DNA of 64,000 nt from a virus (lineage: Duplodnaviria; Caudoviricetes): positions 1 through 64,000 of IMG/VR virus record IMGVR_UViG_3300026549_000071; one strand, given 5' to 3'. Shown here piece after piece: positions 11,601-20,233 of the stretch. The notes below the pieces were generated by a model. That model did no database searches. It was not told the DNA's origin and saw nothing but the letters and a program-made list of their open reading frames with translations. Position 1 is the first letter of the stretch, and each line of letters begins with the position of its first letter. The translations under genes were made by a program, and so were the position numbers.

Positions 11601-12265
11601 GAGTGGATTGCTATGAAAATATTAAACCCATTGTGGAAGAAACACTTCGTCGGGTATATGGATCAATGCGTAGTATTCTTATGGCATATGATGCGGCTGG
11701 AGTGAGAGTAACAGAAAATCAGTATCATCATTTGAACTATGGTGAATATCAAATTAGCCAGCATAATACATACGCTTGGGATATACTGAAATTCTTCTAT
11801 GAAGATTTCTTGAAAGAAACGACTTGGAATATCCATGCAATTCTTTCCGTCTATGATATAGCAGAAAGAAATCTAAGGGAAGATTTGTATTATCATATGG
11901 CATTACGTGAATTAAATCAAATTACTCATTTCCTCCATGGATGGGAAACAATTGGGTTCTTCTATCAGAGAACGATGGAATATATCCAAACGAATTACCG
12001 TTCCATTCTTGGATTGCATGACACTGGGGTCAAAGTTTCTGCTACCCCATTGGAAGAATATCATTCGTTTATGCATGATATCATTGCATACACTTCTTCC
12101 TATGCAGGAAGTACAATTATGAAACGTTCAATGCATGAAGCATTGCATATGAAACCATACGAATATTTCCACATGAAACACATGTATGGAATGAAAGAAC
12201 CAAAGAAAGTAAAAGAAACCAATGGATTTACCCTCCGGGATTCTCTTACGAAAGTTACGGTATAA
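8645..12265 (+). CDS. Large probable virion (baseplate/tail) protein
   Basis: 1206-aa ORF; CACA-N6-TA motif upstream; C-terminal half has roughly 20-aa quasi-repeats; function inferred from context only. Confidence 0.55.
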   Translation: MLTRQIDLDTFIYNLREMINTVVVKRDKEAAKYETVATRTLADQYIAMKDGSYDFNSFGGFDSDVLAAAGMNSRLISMVLANGKDAIPYEFRNLVVQLQHDKIIDTYVEQNTYYRMLAGLPPIDATEDDFIYAPKDNKYEIPSDTPIHLLDDSYREYFNTTPLREQLYKKNPDKEYILHLGSHSIDYYRSRTALNYEILYVNRCENPFIAVDFMKNYGAARNYVMLGLYNKADQKTYENYDAYMGFLVMTMAIHRTFTSVFKQGITRDFYDDNLIRYLLQAYNVQYIESIDTNYQRRIAKRLNVLLQKKSTNMVLYDIADLFEYKVNIYKYYLMKDYKKDVDGNPIFIYRTVYDENNQPHEVLDPEKTYDIYFQKVNIRSKDPTAELSNIQNRIEYNALCGGDPYWIEDSDLINKIYNSKFNATMTKYMSIDISYELSKIMYETSYCVRMMIDDQKEYKLITVKLPWVSEPVSLFDVIVFLCALVAKKFNLAGNVPLKPYQIAQVYGFNFKQDIPMIKQSIIESLDSKTGEYRFVREELLDKLNELHADTLDGARKMFNDINGLRKWLDTAMRTTSNLIEYEAYRKIYQACLVVRDVQELYTKNDGTYASTFAELLKSRRQDLYAVLLATGDITAKDDVLRKHAYSTLNNRINKVLDVLSDLAEELKDLRYMNDKEAMVNNIEKLINQMKSYTVDQTASNVLYLVNDPHLCLLKILDFMAGANKITSLDDKIQSIFMDVIDSIMPRRTWPDKMTIRNKLESDIWVSTYEVIRLANQLTSAKMISPAMSSIMLYDAFHSIAKAGLMPDKMIKLMEQLRIFITVNCFDTIDLNDLISSVRFEGTYDAWVNFTDSHGARIHRSKEDFLDALKDQIDIYLTMSCYEILRFPYDLWIQKHRTGVDELMLYDSDRETKHGSYNGYIDLQEEVHSFMRVYIEEYHRFIFYQLLKNISGTYSGLLRMYDTNARNVLEDHHYRMRFYKKFDIFPRVDCYENIKPIVEETLRRVYGSMRSILMAYDAAGVRVTENQYHHLNYGEYQISQHNTYAWDILKFFYEDFLKETTWNIHAILSVYDIAERNLREDLYYHMALRELNQITHFLHGWETIGFFYQRTMEYIQTNYRSILGLHDTGVKVSATPLEEYHSFMHDIIAYTSSYAGSTIMKRSMHEALHMKPYEYFHMKHMYGMKEPKKVKETNGFTLRDSLTKVTV

Positions 12266-12377
12266 AAAAAAAATAACAAGCGATTTTCGGATCGCTTGTT
12301 ATTTTCTCCCGAAAACAAAAATGTAATCTATATAGTATAAAAAGATAACTAAAATATCTATTAGGAGGAATATAGCA

Positions 12378-13301
12378 ATGAGTCAAATCATTAAGCTGAA
12401 TGATCGCCTTGGACTTCAGGATCTTAAGCGTCAGTTTGCTTCGAAAATTGCACATCGGAATCATGCTCCCACGTTCTATACGGAAATTGAAGCTCGAAAT
12501 GAGTTCGGTGAGACACTTTTCACGAAGGCACATAATGAGACGGTCCTTGGTGGTGCAATTACAGTTCTTGAAAAGCTCTGGGGTATTCAATCAAAACTCA
12601 AGGTAGATTCCATCAATAACATCATGGGTATCAATGCTGATCTCACGCCGGAGATCGGTAATTCTTCTGCAAATGAGCAGGATCATGTTTGCCTGTGGGG
12701 TATTGGCATTGGTGGTTGCGGTGATACGTTCGGTTCTCGTCGTACGGTCAACTTTTATGAGCGTGAGATTGGACAGAATGGTCATACCGATCAGATGATT
12801 CCATTCCGTGTGGTTTCGGAACCGTTCTCTCCGTCGGATGATAATTATAACAAATACTTCATGATGAATAAGCGTGCAGATGGACTGTATGAGTATTATC
12901 TGAAGGCATTTGAGATTACACCGTACATCAAAGTTCTTTGGAAAGATGGCGCTGAGGGCGAAGATGGCTCGGAAGTCGATTCTGAAGTTTATAACACGGA
13001 TCGTGAAGATGCCATTGAAGCATTCGTTGAAATGCATCTGATGATTTCCAAGAGTGACGTTCAGGAATACTTTGAGAATATTGGTAAACCTGAGATGGCT
13101 CGTGTTAACACGATTGGTCTGTTCACGGGTCGCGCGATCACGATGGATGATGGACGTACGGATTACGTAAACCTGAAGCTCTTCAGTAAGCTGAATACGG
13201 AGAATGATTCTCTCGTTCTGAGTGCTTCTGGTTCGGATGGCTCTGTCGGATCTGGCAGCAGCCGTTCCATCGAATACATCTATCGTGTATTCGTTGCTTA
13301 A
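12378..13301 (+). CDS. Probable virion structural protein
   Basis: 307-aa ORF, AGGAGG RBS, AACA-N6-TA motif at 12314, strongly biased codon use. Confidence 0.5.
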   Translation: MSQIIKLNDRLGLQDLKRQFASKIAHRNHAPTFYTEIEARNEFGETLFTKAHNETVLGGAITVLEKLWGIQSKLKVDSINNIMGINADLTPEIGNSSANEQDHVCLWGIGIGGCGDTFGSRRTVNFYEREIGQNGHTDQMIPFRVVSEPFSPSDDNYNKYFMMNKRADGLYEYYLKAFEITPYIKVLWKDGAEGEDGSEVDSEVYNTDREDAIEAFVEMHLMISKSDVQEYFENIGKPEMARVNTIGLFTGRAITMDDGRTDYVNLKLFSKLNTENDSLVLSASGSDGSVGSGSSRSIEYIYRVFVA

Positions 13302-13359
13302 GAAGAAAAAAAGAGGTTGACGACTTTATTGTCGCCAACCCCTTTTTGCCCCGCATCAC

Positions 13360-13569
13360 TCAGTCGAGTTCACGGATCATCCTTTCGAGGCGCTCCTTCG
13401 CCTCCTCCAGCTCGCGCTTTTCACGACGTAAACGTTCGATCTCAGCCTCGCGATCGAGATCGTAGATGAAGTCATCCAAGTCGTACGACGGGCGATGATA
13501 AACACGGGGTTTTTCATCACACACCGCCGCATCAAGAACGGCTCCAACGAGACCAAACATTCCAAACAT
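13360..13569 (-). CDS. Small charged coiled-coil protein, probably early
   Basis: RBS and TATATATTAT motif at 13613; GC-richer codons. Confidence 0.65.
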   Translation of the reverse strand: MFGMFGLVGAVLDAAVCDEKPRVYHRPSYDLDDFIYDLDREAEIERLRREKRELEEAKERLERMIRELD

Positions 13570-13690
13570 AAAGCATCTTCCTTTCATGTGTCTCTGATTC
13601 TCTTCTAAAACGATAATATATATTCTATCTAAAAATAAAATGAATTTATGGTATATCTTAGTTTCATGCTAAGATATACCATAATATTTT

Positions 13691-13912
13691 TCAACGATAA
13701 ATACTAACCAAACCACTGATTCCATTGTATCTAGAATGCAAGAAGGAATCAATTAATTGCTCCTGCGTATTCATTGGGATCTTAAGAATCTTCATCAGTT
13801 TATGAAACTCTCCGAGATTCAACAGCAGATCATTCATTTGCCGAATGGCTGCTTCAATTTTCCCAACCTCTAAATATCGTGCAATTCGATATAATTGCAG
13901 TTCAATTACCAT
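13691..13912 (-). CDS. Hypothetical protein
   Basis: 73-aa ORF directly downstream of the beta-prime piece. Confidence 0.5.
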   Translation of the reverse strand: MVIELQLYRIARYLEVGKIEAAIRQMNDLLLNLGEFHKLMKILKIPMNTQEQLIDSFLHSRYNGISGLVSIYR

Positions 13913-13933
13913 GACTTCATCATCCCAATCGTA

Positions 13934-15148
13934 TTATTCGATGATCATACGATCCAAATCTACACTCACAAGTTTCTGTGTTGTATCATGGAAAGATTTC
14001 ATCAAAAGATTAAGAAGTCCACCACCTAAAGCAGACGAACTCATGCCCAAATTACGTATTCCTAGGGTATAAGGCATCTCTCCTGCACAAATATTGCAAA
14101 TCTCACCATTCTTAGAGGTACAGTACAGGGGTGAACGAATTAAGATAGTTTGACCCACTAATTTATTCAAATCTGCTGCTTCTAAGCACTTTAATTTTCC
14201 ATTCACGTACTGATACCGTTTCAATAGGGCATGTTTATTCTTTTCCGTTACATACACTTGACGGTATTTCTTCGAATGGCAATCAGATCCCTTTGGACCG
14301 ACATGAATCGCTTGATAACATGCAAACAGTTTCTTCGTTTCATAACCAGCAACCGATGTACCAATGGCTTTTGGATAAGCACCATTAATGACAGAGTTTG
14401 CATAGGATGGAATCTCTTTCTTCTCCATTCCTTCCACAAAGCAATTCTTAGAAATATCAAAGCGATCTTCCACGGGATTGTACTGTGGACCGCGCGTAGC
14501 AAACATGGCACGGTAACTATTACCAAAGGCTGGTTTTGCACCGGAATCATACACTTGCATTCCAGGATCATGCTTCAATTCTTCCTTTGCATCTTTTAGT
14601 AGTTCATCCGTGATCTTAACGGCAGATACCACATCGCCATTATCGAGTTCTTTCTTGTACTTCTTATAGAGCTCTTCTTTCTTCTTCTTTACACTGGGAA
14701 GCATTCTTGTACTATTGGGAGTAAAGGAAGCAGATACCTGCGCATTAAAGGCGTTACCAAACCACTGGATATTATTCAGGTATTGGGAATATTCATCAAC
14801 GGTAATCTTTCCCTCCAGAATGGCTTTCACCATAATATCTTCCGTCTCTTTAATAACACCTTTCTTATACGGTTTTGCTACATAACCAAGAACCTTCTGG
14901 ATATTGGGACAATTGCCATACAATGCTTTATTCAGGATCAACTGTCCTACGTTCGTATGAACTTTCTCTTTGTTAATATATTCCCCAGGTTTCAAATCGA
15001 ATTCTTCTTGGAACGAAATCTTTGGAGGAACCATTTTCTTCGTTTTGATATCATAATGATTACAAAAGGTTCCCTCAATCAAAGTATAACTAATATCATC
15101 ATATTTCAAATCCAAGATGAATTTACGATCGGCTTCAGATAATGCCAT
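13934..15148 (-). CDS. rpoC: Phage multisubunit RNA polymerase beta-prime, C-terminal piece
   Basis: Bridge-helix-like AIGTSVAGYETKKL, Zn site RSPLYC...ICNICAG, trigger-loop-like LLMKSFHD; start set at MALSEADRK behind an AGGTGG RBS. Confidence 0.85.
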   Translation of the reverse strand: MALSEADRKFILDLKYDDISYTLIEGTFCNHYDIKTKKMVPPKISFQEEFDLKPGEYINKEKVHTNVGQLILNKALYGNCPNIQKVLGYVAKPYKKGVIKETEDIMVKAILEGKITVDEYSQYLNNIQWFGNAFNAQVSASFTPNSTRMLPSVKKKKEELYKKYKKELDNGDVVSAVKITDELLKDAKEELKHDPGMQVYDSGAKPAFGNSYRAMFATRGPQYNPVEDRFDISKNCFVEGMEKKEIPSYANSVINGAYPKAIGTSVAGYETKKLFACYQAIHVGPKGSDCHSKKYRQVYVTEKNKHALLKRYQYVNGKLKCLEAADLNKLVGQTILIRSPLYCTSKNGEICNICAGEMPYTLGIRNLGMSSSALGGGLLNLLMKSFHDTTQKLVSVDLDRMIIE

Positions 15149-15243
15149 AGATCTTTCCACCTTTCTATGTGTTTTAGATATACGTCGCTTTGATAGAAAA
15201 AAGAAATCCATGGGAATAATATTCCCATGGATTTCTTTTCTAA

Positions 15244-15894
15244 TCACTCATTATCTTCCGAAATATTTTCCTTAAAGAAGAATAATAAGCATTCTTGGCC
15301 CCTTTTTGGTTTTACAACAGAGATAGATTTCATAGTAAATGGAAGAAGTCCAGATTCGCAAGCATCAATATCTTCGAAAAGATGTTTCACTTTCCAAGTG
15401 TCTTTACTGTCGATATAGAACGTTTCCAGGCCAGGAAGAACTTGATCCCCAAAGAAACAGATCTTATGTCCTCCTTCCGTACTATTCCATTTGCAAAGTC
15501 CATATGGATTGATATTCATTTTCCGAAGGCTATGGTCTGTTGATTTTCTTTTATGCCAAGCAATAATATGGCTAACTGCATCTTTGACATAAAAGAGCCA
15601 TTGATTAACATCATACCCCTCAGAGGCTAAGTAATTCTTCAGGAATTTGTAGTCATCTTTCATATATGGGGTAAAGGTATAAAGGTCGTTATATTTCTTA
15701 TAATCACCCTTTTCTTTGTAGCTTCTTCCGACCGCCATGATATTTTCATAGCAATCTTCTGTAAACGTTTTAAGCTCTTCTATAGCGTTTTCATTTTCAT
15801 CGCTCAAAGTAATTCGTAACCATACATCAAATCCATCATACATGCTATCTTGTTTTCTCCATCTTGCCTCATAAGCATCTGTAAACAAACCCAT
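15244..15894 (-). CDS. Hypothetical protein
   Basis: 216-aa ORF, AGGAGG RBS, TATATATTAT motif at 15951. Confidence 0.7.
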   Translation of the reverse strand: MGLFTDAYEARWRKQDSMYDGFDVWLRITLSDENENAIEELKTFTEDCYENIMAVGRSYKEKGDYKKYNDLYTFTPYMKDDYKFLKNYLASEGYDVNQWLFYVKDAVSHIIAWHKRKSTDHSLRKMNINPYGLCKWNSTEGGHKICFFGDQVLPGLETFYIDSKDTWKVKHLFEDIDACESGLLPFTMKSISVVKPKRGQECLLFFFKENISEDNE

Positions 15895-15964
15895 TATAAT
15901 ATTCCTCCTTTTAAGTTAACGACATGGGTTATTACAACTTATCTAAGGCAATAATATATATTCT

Positions 15965-16900
15965 AAAACAATTTTCAATTTTTGTGTTAAAAATAAAAAG
16001 CCGTATACAAGTTACTAAACCCCCCATAAACAAAATTTTAAAAGGTAATTCATATAAATCCATTTTATATAAAAATGGTGTTGTAATTATTTTTTAATGC
16101 TTTTCCTAGGGGGGTTTTCGTAGCTTTAACTATTCAAAAAAACACGGGTGTTTTTTTGAATTATTAATAGCTTCGAACTCATATAACTACGAAATACTAT
16201 TACTCATTGCTTATACTAACTACTTTTACTACGAATATTATTACCCAATACTTCTACGAAATTATACCATATAACATTCATAAAATGAATATAATATCTG
16301 TGATATGTTTATATAAACCTTGGTAAAAATACTATCAACTATAAAGAGTTGATAGTATCTATTTTATCTGTATAAATCACTGACGAGTGATTAAGATTGA
16401 TGGGAATATATGGGTATGATAATCAGTATAGTTACATATATTTTCATATTTGCAAGAATACATATGGGTTTTGTTTTCACATAGTGAAAACAAAACCCAT
16501 GTAGACTGATTAGGAGTGTAACAGTATCCGAGAGTAATATAGTATCTATAGGGAGTATAATTAGTATGATAGGGATACATACGGGTATTAGGGTAATACT
16601 AAGTATTACCCTAATACCCGTATGTATAGTATAGAACTGTTTTATATCAATCTTTACTATAGAGATGTATATTAGCGTAACACATGTATTACCCTGGATT
16701 ATATATTCTGTACGGTAGAGTATATAATTAATTTTTTTCTGTAACGAAAAGTAGTATTTACCCTCTAAGTTTTACAAATGATAAACTTCACTCTGAATTT
16801 CCCTAGGGGAGAAATCGAGCTAAGTTTAACAAATGTAAAACTTAGGGGTAGAAAAGATGATATGAGTGATTGAAATGTATCACTCATATCATCTTTTTTG
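15965..16900. repeat. Non-coding palindrome-dense region, candidate replication origin
   Basis: Perfect inverted repeats at 16132-16161, 16329-16358, 16464-16500 and 16575-16627; (A)CTACGAA x3; local switch from C-rich to G-rich. Confidence 0.55.
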
Positions 16901-16947
16901 TTACCGTATATGGATTTTATATCTATATAGGAGAAATCATAGTTATC

Positions 16948-18177
16948 TTACGGTGCAACTGTCGTCGTTTCCTCTTTTGTGGGATCAACATACTTCTCGA
17001 ATTCTTTCGAGTCCATATTAAATACCCATGAGGAATTGAGTTTCTTTTCGCCCTGATTCTTCTTCAGCGTATAGATGTAATCCGGGTCAAGTTTAACCGT
17101 GGAAACATCCGGGAGTTGACCATTGCGAATCATAACAACCTTACCGATCTTCGTGAATTTACCACTGGAAAATTTCGTGACGAAGTTCTGTACGTCATAA
17201 TACGTTCCATCGACAGCAAGTTTCGTATACGGAAGACGTTGTGTCACCGTAATCGGACGTTTCTCTTCTGTGAACGAACCATCCTTATACGTCCAAGCAG
17301 AACCTTTCTTACGAGTCTCGGTATCCGAGACTTTTTCATCTGCCGTAAGAACATAGAGTGTCGTTTCCGAGATATTGGATTTCTTCTTATCGTCCGTAGG
17401 AATTTCCGGCAGAGAAGAAACCTTCTTCACAGAGAGATCAAGGAGCGTGAACGTGTTCGTTGCAGCCGTAAAGGTATAAAGACCCGGATCGAAATGAATG
17501 ACCTTCGGGTTTCCATTTCCTTCTCCTTCCGTGAAACGGAGAGATGCATCCGGCTCTTCTTGAGGACGTGTGAGCTGATAGATGACACCTTCCTTACCTT
17601 TGACTTCCGCAGAAGGAAGTTTATCCTCAAAGGCAACTTTGATTTCATCCAGAGCATCTTCTGCATCATTGAGAAGATAGAATTTATCGCTGAGACGATA
17701 AACCGTATTCTTCTTCGCAGAGGTTTCATCCGGGAGAGAATCCACGAACTGAATTCCCTTATAGGATTTTGCTGTACTCTCAATTCCATGCAGAGCAGCT
17801 TCCTCAATGATGCCACGAACCATCGGAGCACTCAGACGAAGCTCATATTTCACCGCAGCCGTATCAGTATCAAGCGTCTTGAACGTAACACTGGCATACT
17901 TTCCAAGCTGATCAAGAGAAACATCAACGATGATGAGACTCCCATCGGCAGACTCCACGAAGTAACCAAGATCCGAGCTCAGTTTTGCATTATAGTATTT
18001 ATTATGAAGCTCCTTTTGTGCCAGAAGGAATGCATATCCCTTAAAGTAGTTCAGAAGCTTCACAAAAGAATCTTTCGGAAGTGTGACAGCTCCGCTTGCC
18101 GGAACGATAATTTTCACCGTATCGTCAAAGGAAACATATGCGTCAACACCAGAAGCATTAATTTTCGTAAATGCCAT
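16948..18177 (-). CDS. Probable virion fibre/decoration protein with five internal V-x-x-LP...Y-x-L repeats
   Basis: FVDSLP..VYRL, FEDKLP..IYQL, KVSSLP..LYVL, VTQRLP..YYDV, NGQLP..IYTL; GGAGG RBS. Confidence 0.55.
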   Translation of the reverse strand: MAFTKINASGVDAYVSFDDTVKIIVPASGAVTLPKDSFVKLLNYFKGYAFLLAQKELHNKYYNAKLSSDLGYFVESADGSLIIVDVSLDQLGKYASVTFKTLDTDTAAVKYELRLSAPMVRGIIEEAALHGIESTAKSYKGIQFVDSLPDETSAKKNTVYRLSDKFYLLNDAEDALDEIKVAFEDKLPSAEVKGKEGVIYQLTRPQEEPDASLRFTEGEGNGNPKVIHFDPGLYTFTAATNTFTLLDLSVKKVSSLPEIPTDDKKKSNISETTLYVLTADEKVSDTETRKKGSAWTYKDGSFTEEKRPITVTQRLPYTKLAVDGTYYDVQNFVTKFSSGKFTKIGKVVMIRNGQLPDVSTVKLDPDYIYTLKKNQGEKKLNSSWVFNMDSKEFEKYVDPTKEETTTVAP

Positions 18178-18191
18178 TGTCGTGATCCTCC

Positions 18192-18362
18192 TTAGTTTTG
18201 CATTTGCTCTTCCAGATACTTCTGGAGATCTTTATCCTTGGTATTCTTTGCCAGATCTTTGATATCCGCCTCTTGAACCGTCGGATCCTGAATCGGCATT
18301 GAACCAAAAGTTCCAATTTCCGTCGTAAAGGAAAGAGTCGTTTGATTTTTCTTTTGTTCCAT
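18192..18362 (-). CDS. 56-aa hypothetical protein missed by the ORF track (MEQKKNQTTLSF...)
   Basis: Manual translation; AAAGGTGG RBS; fills the gap between two co-oriented genes. Confidence 0.6.
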   Translation of the reverse strand: MEQKKNQTTLSFTTEIGTFGSMPIQDPTVQEADIKDLAKNTKDKDLQKYLEEQMQN

Positions 18363-18392
18363 AATGAAATACCACCTTTCTTTATGGGACGC

Positions 18393-19133
18393 TTATTCCG
18401 TTGTCTTTTTCACCAAGTAGCCATCAGTGACTAGATCCGTCTTCAATCCCATGCCAATAATATAGATATCCAGCATATTGAGTGTCGACTTATTCTCCAC
18501 CTTATCTGGAAGATCTGCCATAGAAACATATCCATTCTGACGAATGCTACGATATGCTTCCTCTTTTGCTACTGGGTCATCTGCACGGAATGACATGAAT
18601 TCTTTCGCAGCAGCTTTTGCTCCATAGACCATAATGCAATAGTTCTCATCAATGGATTGATAAGCATTCTTATCACCATTGATAACCTGATTCGTTTTTG
18701 CATCACGCATATTAATATGGATAGAAGTAGAATTCTTCTTGACCGCTGTCTGTTGAACTCGTTTCTCCATGATATAACCAACAGGGACTTTATACGGGGT
18801 TACCATTGGTTTTGATTTATCTCGGCTGAAATACGGTTGAGCTACGTATTCATAGAGAGGAACGTTCATAAACTTCGCACATTTTTCAATGTCCGGAAGT
18901 TTTGGTTCGTTATGAAAGAGCTCAATATTCAAACAGAGATAAGCCTTTGGATCAGCAAAGAATCCTTTGAAAAAAGCGTCGAATTCTTTATCTGACATCT
19001 TAGAGAAAAATCCTTTGTAGAAGTTGGTATTGGTTTTACTCGGATCCAAACGATCAAATACATCATAGATGTATTTCTCCATTTTTAGCCGAGTTGCATG
19101 TTTTAAAGCCAATGCATCTTCAACTCCTTTCAT
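18393..19133 (-). CDS. rpoB: Phage RNA polymerase beta, separate C-terminal (clamp/switch) piece
   Basis: GYIMEKRVQQTAVKK and DENYCIMVYGAKAAAKEFMSFRADD align with bacterial RpoB GYMYMLKLNHLVDDK and [27 protein letters not shown]; start uncertain. Confidence 0.75.
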   Translation of the reverse strand: MKGVEDALALKHATRLKMEKYIYDVFDRLDPSKTNTNFYKGFFSKMSDKEFDAFFKGFFADPKAYLCLNIELFHNEPKLPDIEKCAKFMNVPLYEYVAQPYFSRDKSKPMVTPYKVPVGYIMEKRVQQTAVKKNSTSIHINMRDAKTNQVINGDKNAYQSIDENYCIMVYGAKAAAKEFMSFRADDPVAKEEAYRSIRQNGYVSMADLPDKVENKSTLNMLDIYIIGMGLKTDLVTDGYLVKKTTE

Positions 19134-19213
19134 TTTTACGTATCTGTCAAATTGGAAAAAAAAAGAAGGGCGCTGTAAACGTCCTTCAAAAGCAATGTGC
19201 ATCTACCGTTCGA

Positions 19214-19735
19214 TTAGAACTGGCAGATGTTCGGAACCTTCTTGTACTTCTTATCGAAAAGATCTTTGTACAGAAGATTGATGAAGCGCAAGATGGAATC
19301 CGTGAACGGTCCATATGGCTTCAGGATGTCGAACTTCTCGTAGAGCGTGAGAAGCTCTTTCGCGCCAAACACGTATTTCACGTTCAGGCATGTAACTGCG
19401 AACGACGTGACGAGCATCTTCACGAACTTCTCGGAAGAATCTTCCGAGATGTACATGTTGAACACGTCATCGTTCCGAACTTTGATGCCGTCCAGCGTTG
19501 CGCGGAAGATTACGCGCTGGATCTTCGACATCTTCTCGAGGAGCGCATGCGCACGTTCCGGTTCGAACGCTGCGTAGAGCAACCGTCCTTCTGCCGTATT
19601 TTTGCAGGACTCGATGAAGTCATTCGACCTGATCAATTCTGCATCAGAAGGAAGAAGATGACGGCAGTTGAACATGCGGCGAAGATTTTTTGTGATCTCT
19701 TCATCCGGCATGTAGTTGATTTTATGGATACCCAT
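19214..19735 (-). CDS. Hypothetical protein, probably early
   Basis: AAAGGAG RBS; TATATATTAT motif at 19826; structured leader. Confidence 0.7.
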   Translation of the reverse strand: MGIHKINYMPDEEITKNLRRMFNCRHLLPSDAELIRSNDFIESCKNTAEGRLLYAAFEPERAHALLEKMSKIQRVIFRATLDGIKVRNDDVFNMYISEDSSEKFVKMLVTSFAVTCLNVKYVFGAKELLTLYEKFDILKPYGPFTDSILRFINLLYKDLFDKKYKKVPNICQF

Positions 19736-19880
19736 AAATAATCAACTCCTTTCATATAAATTAAAATGCTGAGATTTATATGAACACCAAGTATCCCGCC
19801 AATACTTGATGGAATTGCCAAGTATATAATATATATTTATATATTCCCATGACTGATTTTAATTCTATTACTAAGATAAC

Positions 19881-19920
19881 AAAAAAGAAAGGAACCGTAA
19901 CTAGAATGATTCCTTTCTTT
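19881..19920 (-). terminator. Cassette 1 terminator with TTCTAGT in its loop
   Basis: Minus strand AAAGAAAGGAATC-ATTCTAGTTAC-GGTTCCTTTCTTTTTT. Confidence 0.75.
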
Positions 19921-19935
19921 GGTCTTTAGATAAGA

Positions 19936-20088
19936 TTAGTTCTTATCTTGACCTTCAAGCTCACGGAGCCTAAGTTGCAGCGTCTTTTCGACGGATACCT
20001 TATAGGCTTCTTTGAGCTGGGCAGTTCTGTCAAACCGCCCTTCGATGGCATCCGGTTTGTGCCACCAATAGAGAAGATCTCTAGGCAT
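19936..20088 (-). CDS. Cassette 1 peptide, 50 aa (MPRDLLYWWHKPDAIEGRFDRTAQLKEAYKVSVEKTLQLRLRELEGQDKN)
   Basis: Missed by the ORF track; AGAAAGGAG RBS; paralogue at 30317-30469. Confidence 0.8.
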   Translation of the reverse strand: MPRDLLYWWHKPDAIEGRFDRTAQLKEAYKVSVEKTLQLRLRELEGQDKN

Positions 20089-20096
20089 GAGGATCA

Positions 20097-20157
20097 TCTC
20101 CTTTCTGCTCCTAGTTCGGGAGCTATGGATGAAGCATTTCTAGTATGCTTCATCCAT
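20097..20157 (-). promoter_or_regulatory. Cassette 1 two-hairpin 5' leader
   Basis: Hairpin 20125-20157 (loop ACTAGAA) and hairpin 20107-20123 (loop CGAACTA), then the RBS. Confidence 0.75.
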
Positions 20158-20233
20158 TCTATTGTATTTATAATATATACTTGAAATTTTGTAATAAAAA
20201 AAAGAAGGACTTGGAAATTTCCAAGTCCTTCTT

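Noticed and set aside
16377-16580. 67-aa ORF in the palindrome region (also 25150-25353 and 43896-44099)
   Set aside because: No RBS, odd composition, and they run through palindromes or terminators; most likely chance ORFs.
17116-18195. Long antisense ORFs (also 19094-19741, 49212-50279, 56014-57039, 63209-63970)
   Set aside because: They are in-register shadows of strongly codon-biased genes on the opposite strand, with no RBS and atypical amino-acid composition.
19936-20088. Cassettes as classical type I toxin-antitoxin loci
   Set aside because: The peptides lack a hydrophobic TM helix and I found no antisense promoter. This is disfavoured rather than excluded.
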